Source: a virus (lineage: Duplodnaviria; Caudoviricetes). Taken from it: DNA of 61,507 bases. The stretch covers positions 1 to 61,507 of the IMG/VR virus record IMGVR_UViG_3300048835_000959. One strand, 5' to 3'. The notes below the pieces were generated by a model. That model was not told where the DNA came from. It saw only the letters and a program-made list of their open reading frames with translations, and searched no databases. Made by a program: the position numbers and the translations under genes. Of this stretch, positions 53,876 through 61,507 are shown in pieces (within the stretch, counting starts at the first letter, position 1; the number at the start of each line of letters is the position of its first letter).

Positions 53876-56668
53876 TCATTTCATCCCTCTCTTCTTCGCC
53901 GTCATCTCAGTGTAGAGCTGGAATAGAGTTTCGAGCCGTTCGGTGTCGTTTTTAAAGCGACGACCAACGTAGATTCGTTCGAGAATTTCATCGTTGCGAT
54001 CGTGAGCAGCTCGTAGATCGTCCGGCATTGAGTCTGGGTCGTAGAGTTCCGCTAATGTCGCTGGCCAACGGGCCTCGCGGGCGAGGAGAATGTCCTCAGC
54101 ACACACTGTCAAATCTGTCTTGTTGGCGTCGGTGAGTGGAGGGACAGGAAAGGTGTTCCATCCAAGAGTGTTTGAATATGAGTAGTCTGTTCTCAGCCGT
54201 CCGCATACAGTTGCGATCCAAGCAAGATGCAATCTCGATACGAGAATGGACAACATCCACAGCGGACCATTGGGTGCGTAGCATGCTTTGTTTGTCGGAA
54301 TGACATCGTCCACTGCAACTCCCGCGGGAAAGAACTCGCGATCTTCTGAGCTTACAAGTGGCACAAAAATCTTAAATTGGTCATCTCCCTTAAACTCACG
54401 GAACTGATGCGGGCGTGCTGCGAGCTTGTTTACCGACGCATCGGTAGTTGCAAGACGGTCAGCCTTAACATTTTCAATGCGAGTCGCGATTTCGGGAAAT
54501 GCATGTGCTTCCTCGACGTCACTATTGCTAATCCAGAGACAATACCTAATCTTGCCATTAATAAATTCACTTGAGCCGATAAACTTTTTGAAGAGCCGTT
54601 CAGGAACACCGCGCCCACTCAAATCGCGGTATTCATCTGGCGACACAATCAAACCTTCGGACTTCGAATAGTAAACACCGTACTCGAGCGCCGCCTCCAC
54701 GAATTGTGGATTCTTAGAAGCCTGAACAATCTCCACCTCGTGGGATGTTAAATAAGGATTTATGTGCTCGGCGCTAACTACTTGATCGCCGTGGAAAAGT
54801 AGTTTCTGTCCATTTGACTTCAAACGAAGGCCAGTGATCACGACGGTCACGCCTGCGTTGTGACTCGCAAGGTTATTCCATTTAAAAGAAGTGTGTGCGA
54901 AATTGATTTCCAATCCCATCTGCAGAATGATTTGCCAAGTTATCGGTACTTGCTGGCCTTGACATATGCTGTTTGTCGCAACGAACGCAAAAGCTGCTTG
55001 GCTTCGTTTGCTGAACTCTGCAGCCTTGAGGAACCAGGCACCTACATAGTCAACATTCTTCCATTTGGATGTCTTGGTTTCGAAAAGCTGTTTTAGGTCA
55101 TCTTTCTGCTCTTGTGACTGTTTTCGTGTTCCAGTAAACGGGGGATTGCCACAGATGTACGTTTCCCCCCCTTCGTTCTCAAAATCGATCTCGATTTGAT
55201 CAAGTGGAGTTTGGAAAAGGTCATCCTCTAATAGCTTGATGCCTCCTGTTCCTGTCGGCGGACAAACCTTTAACCAATCCAAACGAAGCGCATTGCCATA
55301 TGTGATCCAGTTCTCTTTGTTGAGAGGCAGGAACTCGGCAAGCGCCAAGCGTTGACCTCGATAAAGTTCGTCGCATTGATACTCGGCAATGATGAGTGCC
55401 AAGCGAGCAATTTCAACTGCGAAGTGTCGCAGCTCGATTCCGCGAAAATTGGTGAGCGGAATCTCCGAGGCACGATCCGGCTCGCCACGCAGAATATTGA
55501 TCTCGGCTTCAATCTTGCGCATCTCTTTGTACGCAATGACTAGGAAATTGCCGCTTCCGCAAGCTGGATCGAAGACGCGAATGCGAGCCAATCGCTTGCG
55601 AAGATTGAGTAGCTTACGCGGATTCTTGCCTGCTTCCTTTAGCTGAGCATGCAAGTCATCAAGGAACAGAGGATTTAAGACCTTTAAGATGTTCGGTACA
55701 CTCGTGTAGTGCATGCCCAACGCGCCACGCTCCTCGTCGTCAGCAACAGCCTGAATCATCGAACCGAAGATGTCGGGATTGATCTGAGTCCAATCGAGCG
55801 AGCCGATGTGCAACAGATAAGACCGTGCGATCTGCGTGAACTTTGGAACCGTACCTCGCTCGGACGTTGAGCCGTTACTTCCAAACAATCCTCCGTTGAC
55901 GTACGGGAACTGGCCCGCCCATGGACGCAGCTTGGCTGCGTCGCGTACCTTCGTCGGCACATCCATAGCGCGGAAGACCTCGGCAAGAACAAAATCCGTG
56001 TTCTCGCCGCTCGGATCGCTCATCTGGCGAACTGTCTCGGTGAAGAGCGCGTTTCCGTTGAAGATCCCCGTATCTTCTGCGAAGAAGCAGAAGATCAATC
56101 TCGCGAAGAAATGGTTGAGCTCTTCCCGACGTTCATCCCCGTCCCAGTTCGGGTTGTTGCGTAGCAGTTCGACGTACAGGCGGTTTAATCGCCCGGTGGC
56201 CTTGATATCGAAGGCGTTTTCCCGGATCTGCCGAACGGTCGAGATCCCCGCAAGCTCCAGGAAGTAACCAAAGTGGTCAGCCAGCTCCTTGAACTCACAC
56301 ACCAATGGCGGATCTTCCGAATTCAGGCACTCCGCGTGAACCGTATTCCCATCGGTGGCCAGCGCGAACTTCGCTTTGTGTTTGCTTGATGCAGGACTAT
56401 CCACCAAACGCTTTAGTAGCCCAGCGACAGCGTCGGGGCCACCCGCAGAGCACGTGGCGATGTGAATGTTATTCCGCTGAAGTACGGCATGAATTCCGTC
56501 GCCTGCCACGTCCGTCTTGTTCGTCGAGTTCTTTCCGACACTGCGTAGTCGCTGAAGGGTCGCAGACTTGTTGCCGAACGCCTCCAAGAAAGCGTACGAG
56601 AACTCAGCCGCGTTGAACGGCTCTTCGACCAGCTTACTGACTGCTTCTTCGATCTCGACCGCGTTCAA
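53876..56668 (-). CDS. MmeI/YeeA-like adenine methyltransferase with C-terminal target-recognition domain
   Basis: FPYVNGGLF, GMHYTS, DPACGSGNFL, GNPPF and LYDP..MP..L..AH motifs. Confidence 0.88.
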   Translation of the reverse strand: MNAVEIEEAVSKLVEEPFNAAEFSYAFLEAFGNKSATLQRLRSVGKNSTNKTDVAGDGIHAVLQRNNIHIATCSAGGPDAVAGLLKRLVDSPASSKHKAKFALATDGNTVHAECLNSEDPPLVCEFKELADHFGYFLELAGISTVRQIRENAFDIKATGRLNRLYVELLRNNPNWDGDERREELNHFFARLIFCFFAEDTGIFNGNALFTETVRQMSDPSGENTDFVLAEVFRAMDVPTKVRDAAKLRPWAGQFPYVNGGLFGSNGSTSERGTVPKFTQIARSYLLHIGSLDWTQINPDIFGSMIQAVADDEERGALGMHYTSVPNILKVLNPLFLDDLHAQLKEAGKNPRKLLNLRKRLARIRVFDPACGSGNFLVIAYKEMRKIEAEINILRGEPDRASEIPLTNFRGIELRHFAVEIARLALIIAEYQCDELYRGQRLALAEFLPLNKENWITYGNALRLDWLKVCPPTGTGGIKLLEDDLFQTPLDQIEIDFENEGGETYICGNPPFTGTRKQSQEQKDDLKQLFETKTSKWKNVDYVGAWFLKAAEFSKRSQAAFAFVATNSICQGQQVPITWQIILQMGLEINFAHTSFKWNNLASHNAGVTVVITGLRLKSNGQKLLFHGDQVVSAEHINPYLTSHEVEIVQASKNPQFVEAALEYGVYYSKSEGLIVSPDEYRDLSGRGVPERLFKKFIGSSEFINGKIRYCLWISNSDVEEAHAFPEIATRIENVKADRLATTDASVNKLAARPHQFREFKGDDQFKIFVPLVSSEDREFFPAGVAVDDVIPTNKACYAPNGPLWMLSILVSRLHLAWIATVCGRLRTDYSYSNTLGWNTFPVPPLTDANKTDLTVCAEDILLAREARWPATLAELYDPDSMPDDLRAAHDRNDEILERIYVGRRFKNDTERLETLFQLYTEMTAKKRGMK

Positions 56669-56780
56669 CCGTTCGCTCCATCAATTGGGTGATTGTGAGA
56701 AATGACCTCCAAGCATAGCCACATGTTGCCTGTAAGCTGCTACAATCGTACAATGCTAGCCTCACTGGAACAAGCAGGGA

Positions 56781-57146
56781 ATGATGATGAACAAGTTCGG
56801 CGACCGAATTCGTGAACTCCGCAAGGCAAAAGGCTATTCCCTCCGCCAACTAGCTCCGCTGGTCGGCGTCGGGTTTTCGTATCTGAGCAAAGTCGAGAAC
56901 GACAAACTCGACTTCGAGGGCACGGCGTCCGAGTCGCTTATCCACCGCCTTGCGGACGTTCTAGAGGCGGACGAAGAGGAGCTATTGCTGCTCGCCCACC
57001 ACGTCCCTAAGCGCATTGCTGACCGGATCATTGAGCAACCGGAAGTGTTCAGGGCCCTAGCAACGCTTAATTCAGATGAACTTCAACGAGTGGCCGAGCA
57101 AGTGGCGAAGTACACGCTGCGGTCCGAAACGCGAACGCCAAAATGA
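56781..57146 (+). CDS. XRE-family HTH regulator
   Basis: FGDRIRELRKAKGYSLRQLA..SYLSKVEN. Confidence 0.85.
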   Translation: MMMNKFGDRIRELRKAKGYSLRQLAPLVGVGFSYLSKVENDKLDFEGTASESLIHRLADVLEADEEELLLLAHHVPKRIADRIIEQPEVFRALATLNSDELQRVAEQVAKYTLRSETRTPK

Positions 57147-57261
57147 CTCCACATTTGTACTGTCGCATTTTTACTGAACCAGAGTGCGGCTCCAGATGTC
57201 TTTAGCCCAAAGTGAATTTTGATGCAGGAAGCAGAGACCTTCCAGGAATGATGAGTGATCC

Positions 57262-58617
57262 ATGGACGACCAAACAACCAGAGCTTTGCCGGATGCTCTC
57301 AAACCGCCAATTCATCTCTCCAGTGATCAGTCGCCGTTCGTGTTTTGGGAAGGTGACACAGTCCTCCGACAAGACACGCGCACACAAGCAGGCAAAGCGA
57401 AGATCATATTTTGCATGCACCCGGCTCCTGAGTTTAGGTTTGAGTTTGTTCCTCACAAAACTCCTGATTTCTTGGAGGCTTGGTTTGAATCTGGGTTGAG
57501 CGACGCGACGTTCGACTGCGGCGAGCCCTTCGGAGAGGTGGTATGTAAGGTTACAAACTCTGGAAGCGAAATCTCCGGGTATCTTGATTCGCAAACAAAC
57601 CAGATTGGCGAAAGCTCAGCTGCTCTCAAGGCAGTTTTTATCGTCATCAACGGGCCGCATGTGCACGGCGAACCATTGAACCGTGGGAAGCATTCCTATT
57701 TAGGGAGACTCGAATCAACGGTAGACGATCACAAGATTGTAATCGACGCACTGCAAAGTGAACCGACACCGCGTAGCGTTGTGTACGAACCAACTCATGT
57801 AGCAAGCTGCGAGTTCATTGAACCAGCGAACTTAGAGAGTATCGAACAAGTGGGTTCGCACTTGTTTCGGGTTCTCAGCTTGATGAAATGTCGATGGGTC
57901 GGTCTCCTCGGACCTTGGATCTACGATTCCTCCGGAAATCTCATTGAAACCCGCTTATCTGTTACCAAGACAATGCGGAACGGTGGAGCAATTTCCTGGT
58001 ATCATAAAATGATGCGTTCTTCGTTCAGCGATTTTTACAAATCGATGTATTGTTCGTTTCAAGACAAAACGCGTGGACCTGCATTGCAAACTGCAAGCCA
58101 TTGGCTGGTTGAGTCTGAACAGTGCGCCGGCGGCGTTGAGGGAGCTATTATCCTGCAACAGTCTTCCCTTGAATGCCTTGCTTGGCTTGAGATTGTATTG
58201 GTTAGAAAGCTTTGCAGTGAATCTGGATTCAAGTCACTGCCAGCGAGCGACAAAATACGCTGGCTGCTGTCTCTAAACAATATCAGCTGCGACATTCCCC
58301 AAAAATCAGCTGCGATTAGCGCCTATGCCAAGGCTTTCAATCTCGCGAATTTGGTCGAAGTGCTAGCTGATGTACGAAATGCATTGGTACATGCCGAACC
58401 CAAAAAAGCGGAGCGCCTTTTCAGCCGTACCAACGGTGACGAAGAACGCGGCGACCTTTGGTATCAGACGGGCGGAATTCTTCAGCAGGCGTTTCTTGCT
58501 TCTATCGGCTACAGGGGCAAGATGCTTCGCCGCGATGTTGACTGCGAATACGCAACGCAAGCGACGAAACTCGTCCCTTGGGCGGGAAATTTGAATGCTA
58601 AGGAAGGAAACGAATGA
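57262..58617 (+). CDS. HEPN-like (ApeA/YopA-type) protein
   Basis: C-terminal helical domain with LE.L and RNALVH (Rx4H). Confidence 0.55.
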   Translation: MDDQTTRALPDALKPPIHLSSDQSPFVFWEGDTVLRQDTRTQAGKAKIIFCMHPAPEFRFEFVPHKTPDFLEAWFESGLSDATFDCGEPFGEVVCKVTNSGSEISGYLDSQTNQIGESSAALKAVFIVINGPHVHGEPLNRGKHSYLGRLESTVDDHKIVIDALQSEPTPRSVVYEPTHVASCEFIEPANLESIEQVGSHLFRVLSLMKCRWVGLLGPWIYDSSGNLIETRLSVTKTMRNGGAISWYHKMMRSSFSDFYKSMYCSFQDKTRGPALQTASHWLVESEQCAGGVEGAIILQQSSLECLAWLEIVLVRKLCSESGFKSLPASDKIRWLLSLNNISCDIPQKSAAISAYAKAFNLANLVEVLADVRNALVHAEPKKAERLFSRTNGDEERGDLWYQTGGILQQAFLASIGYRGKMLRRDVDCEYATQATKLVPWAGNLNAKEGNE

Positions 58618-59489
58618 GCAGTACGCGCGATGCAGTTCGAGCAATGTGCATGGCAATTGAGCAGTACCTCGATGGCGTGACGGAAGTTGTTCGTGCTTGG
58701 CCTGCTGCGCCAGCTACGGACTCCGTGGCGGCTAAGGAAGCCATATCCACAAGCCGTTTTGTAATGATGGCCGCATCCCATGCCGCGCTTTCAATTGAGG
58801 ATGGCGGTGACCACCTCATCGGACTGACTAAGCTTGTTGTTGAGCCAGCGACCGCTACCGCTTGTTTCACATGCATTAGATCGATGCTAGAAAGCTGTGC
58901 TATCGGAGCTTGGTTAGTTGACCCGGACACAGACCCTTTGAAGCGACAGGCACGAGTGTTTGCGTTCAAACGAAGTGGAATACTTGAATGCCGCAAGTTT
59001 GCGTCATGTATTGCTGACTCGGCAATGGAATTCGAGTTCGATAAGAAGATCACTCTTCTTGAGCAAGAAGCGACAGCGGCAGGATTCTCGCTGACCGTTC
59101 CCCCAGATAGCAAAAGTGGGATTGGAATTAAAATGCCTGGAGCAACGGAGATGATCCGGGATGTCTTGGGGCTAGATGAAAACTATCGTTTGCTTTCCGG
59201 TATTGCTCATGGTCACCAGTGGGCTCGCCAGATTATGTACAAGCAAACCGGGCCAGCACAGGTAGCAGGTACTCAGGGTGTTCTGCTGACGAAGACGCTT
59301 TCCACCGAGTCGTTCATGTTGATCATCCACAGTGGATTCTTAGCTCTAACAAAATTGCTATGGAATCGAAGTTGCTTTTGGGGGACCGATAAAGATCAGC
59401 TTGAAGAGTTGGTGGAGAACGCTGCAGATCAGTTACAGATCAAGTTGCAGAACCGATTTTGGCGATCGACAGCAAGCGTCGAAAATTAG
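58614..59489 (+). CDS. Hypothetical protein, DUF5677/HEPN-like
   Basis: RSMLE and YRLLSGIAHG motifs; ATGA overlap with the upstream gene. Confidence 0.5.
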   Translation: MSSTRDAVRAMCMAIEQYLDGVTEVVRAWPAAPATDSVAAKEAISTSRFVMMAASHAALSIEDGGDHLIGLTKLVVEPATATACFTCIRSMLESCAIGAWLVDPDTDPLKRQARVFAFKRSGILECRKFASCIADSAMEFEFDKKITLLEQEATAAGFSLTVPPDSKSGIGIKMPGATEMIRDVLGLDENYRLLSGIAHGHQWARQIMYKQTGPAQVAGTQGVLLTKTLSTESFMLIIHSGFLALTKLLWNRSCFWGTDKDQLEELVENAADQLQIKLQNRFWRSTASVEN

Positions 59490-59534
59490 ACCTGTCGTCG
59501 GTCCTGATTAATGGCCTAACCATGTTGCGGAGAC

Positions 59535-59936
59535 TCAGTCCTTTTGGTTTTCCAATAGCGCAACCTGCTTTTTCCAGCATTTTTCGCTTGCTACTCTTTG
59601 CAGCGTACGAAGGTCTAGTTGTTCTGGAAAGCAAGGTGTAAATAAGAGCGATTCTTGTATCTCAGGTGCTAAGAGCCGTAGGTTCATGATCTGCGTAACA
59701 CGGGCTCTTGTCACGTGCCCGAGGCGGGCAAGGTCAGCATAGTCGGCGACGACGCCTTCCCTGATTAGATCCTCGAAGTGTATCGCAAGAGCCATGTAGC
59801 GCGAGATGCGAAGTATGCGTTCGAGCGCTGGTTTGGGCTCGTCCGATGGGGCTGCCCCTTCGACGATTCGCTTCTTGGCTCCACGGCCGCGTTGCTTGAT
59901 GGAGAACTGAAAGTCGACGCTTACTGGCTTGCTCAT
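59535..59936 (-). CDS. Recombinase-associated small HTH protein
   Basis: DYADLARLGHVTRARVTQIMNL..LAPEIQE; ATGA overlap with the recombinase. Confidence 0.7.
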   Translation of the reverse strand: MSKPVSVDFQFSIKQRGRGAKKRIVEGAAPSDEPKPALERILRISRYMALAIHFEDLIREGVVADYADLARLGHVTRARVTQIMNLRLLAPEIQESLLFTPCFPEQLDLRTLQRVASEKCWKKQVALLENQKD

Positions 59937-61507
59937 GATGCGGCCTCCACGAGTTCAGGACGGTTCTCCATGGCGATCGTCTTGATGCCATCGGGATGGA
60001 AGGTGATGGTGACGCGACCGGTCGCTCCGTCGTAATCGATCTGCTGTACGATCAACTGGACAATCCGCGATTGCTCGCGGACTGTGAGCGATTCCCAGAT
60101 CGGCTCGAAACTGGTCAATGCGTTGACCACATCCTCGCGGGTTAGCGTCTGGGCCTGCAGCGCCGCCAGCTTGGCGCTGACGATCGCATGCCGATGTTCG
60201 GCGCGACGAAGGCTTTCGTGCCAGTCAGCTAATTGCTCCAGGGAGGTCGCATCCGGCGAGCCTGGCTTGATCTTGGGAGCGGCAACGCGAATGGCTTCGT
60301 TCCAGTATTCCAGCTCTTTCACAAGCTCGTCCCGTTCGGCCACAAGTGCCCCTAGTTCGCGTTCGGATTGGACCTTGGCTTGTTCCACCACCTCGTCGAC
60401 GAGCGCCGCGTCGTGGCCAACGTGACGTATCTTTTCGACGACAAACTTCTCGATCTCGGCGGCCGGCACCGACTTAGACTTGCAGTTCGTCCAGCCACGC
60501 TTCTGGGCCTTCATGCAAACATAGTAACGGTAGCGTTTCGATCCGTTCTTGGTCGTGTGCGTCGGCGTCATTGAACAGTCGCAGCATGCACATCGAAGAA
60601 TACCTTTGAGCATCGCCCCAAACTTGTTTCTCGCTTCGACACCGCCAGTTCGACCGTTGCGGCGAAGTAGCGATTGAACCTTCTGCCAGACGTCCGTTGA
60701 GATGATCGCGTCGTGTTCTCCTTCGTTCACTTCGTCTTTGTAGCCAAGCTTGCCGATGTAGGTCACATTGGTGAGGAGCCGGAACAGCGTTGCTTTAGTA
60801 AACGGCGAACCGCCCCGAAGAGTTCCCTTTTTCGTTTTCCATGACTTGTTGTTCCAGCCACGGTTGTCAAGCTCAGCAATGGTCGCCATGATCGATTCGC
60901 GTTCCAAGTACAGGTCGTAGATCGCCCTGACTCTATTGGCTTCGACCTCGTTGATTCGAAGCTTGCCACCTTGCGGCTCGATGTCGTAGCCAAGCAGCGG
61001 CATGCCACCAGACCATTTGCCTTTGCGTCGTGCCGCAGCGATCTTGTCGCGTGTTCGCTCCGAGATCAGTTCGCGTTCGAACTGGGCAAACGACAGCAGA
61101 ACGTTGAGCATCAGCCGCCCCATCGAGTTGGTCGTATTGAATTGCTGCGTTACGCTGACGAAGGCGACCTGGTTGCGTTCGAAGACTTCGAGCATGCGAG
61201 CGAAGTCCATCAGCGAGCGGCTAAGTCGGTCGACCTTGTAGACGACCACGCAGTTCACCTTGCCGGCTTCGATGTCCGCCAGCAGTTGCTTGAGCGCCGG
61301 ACGATCCATATTGCCACCAGTGAAACCACCGTCGTCATAACGATCGGGCACGCAATGCCAGCCCTCTTGCGTTTGGCTTTTGATGTACGCTTCGGCGCAT
61401 TCGCGCTGGGCGTCAAGCGAGTTGAACTCCTTGTCGAGACCTTCGTCTGTGGACTTGCGGGTGTAGATCGCACAGTTCAATTGGCGATTGATGTTGGCCT
61501 TGTTCAT
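59933..61507 (-). CDS. Large serine recombinase (integrase)
   Basis: YTRKS catalytic Ser, DRLSRS, ERE.I.ER, recombinase domain, Zn ribbon (CACC..YYVC..C), coiled coil. Confidence 0.92.
   Translation of the reverse strand: MNKANINRQLNCAIYTRKSTDEGLDKEFNSLDAQRECAEAYIKSQTQEGWHCVPDRYDDGGFTGGNMDRPALKQLLADIEAGKVNCVVVYKVDRLSRSLMDFARMLEVFERNQVAFVSVTQQFNTTNSMGRLMLNVLLSFAQFERELISERTRDKIAAARRKGKWSGGMPLLGYDIEPQGGKLRINEVEANRVRAIYDLYLERESIMATIAELDNRGWNNKSWKTKKGTLRGGSPFTKATLFRLLTNVTYIGKLGYKDEVNEGEHDAIISTDVWQKVQSLLRRNGRTGGVEARNKFGAMLKGILRCACCDCSMTPTHTTKNGSKRYRYYVCMKAQKRGWTNCKSKSVPAAEIEKFVVEKIRHVGHDAALVDEVVEQAKVQSERELGALVAERDELVKELEYWNEAIRVAAPKIKPGSPDATSLEQLADWHESLRRAEHRHAIVSAKLAALQAQTLTREDVVNALTSFEPIWESLTVREQSRIVQLIVQQIDYDGATGRVTITFHPDGIKTIAMENRPELVEAAS

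Larger units (their letters stand above)
1..61507 (-). mobile_element. Temperate lambda-like (siphovirus-type) prophage; ends and att sites not visible
   Basis: Ordered terminase-portal-protease/capsid-head/tail-tape measure module, plus replication genes and a large serine recombinase, almost all co-oriented on the minus strand. Confidence 0.92.

Noticed and set aside
1-61507. tRNA/rRNA genes, reverse transcriptase/DGR, IS transposases, att sites
   Set aside because: None recognised by eye; the prophage boundaries appear to lie outside the window

Overview
The window is most of a temperate, lambda-like tailed prophage, about 55-60% GC, and nearly all genes are on the minus strand. The gene set resembles planctomycete prophages, but the host is inferred. 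From right to left it carries a large serine recombinase; a ~14 kb defence-type cargo block (two HEPN-like genes, an MmeI/YeeA-like MTase with a helicase and a GIY-YIG nuclease, and a PRTase-like/P-loop ATPase/unknown/MTase cassette); and a phage sigma factor. Next come a recombination/replication module (PD-(D/E)XK nuclease, AAA ATPase, SSB-like, ERCC4, RecD2, primase-helicase, iteron origin), a lambda-like cos site, HNH and ParB-MTase genes, and the head and tail genes. The left end is a Ser-rich tail-region protein followed by four glycosyltransferases (one fused to a sulfotransferase) and a radical SAM enzyme. The most striking feature is a plus-strand island of 12 mostly small genes (23.5-29.2 kb), most with their own copy of a repeated promoter-like motif, sitting antisense inside the late operon. 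All 12 genes share one reading frame and all 11 intergenic gaps are multiples of 3. This keeps open a single 5.8 kb, 1932-codon antisense ORF whose GTG start overlaps the stop of the upstream late gene and which ends just before the terminase genes. It looks like a selected 'translational bridge' across an antisense cassette array. All family assignments come from motif recognition by eye; no database searches were run.
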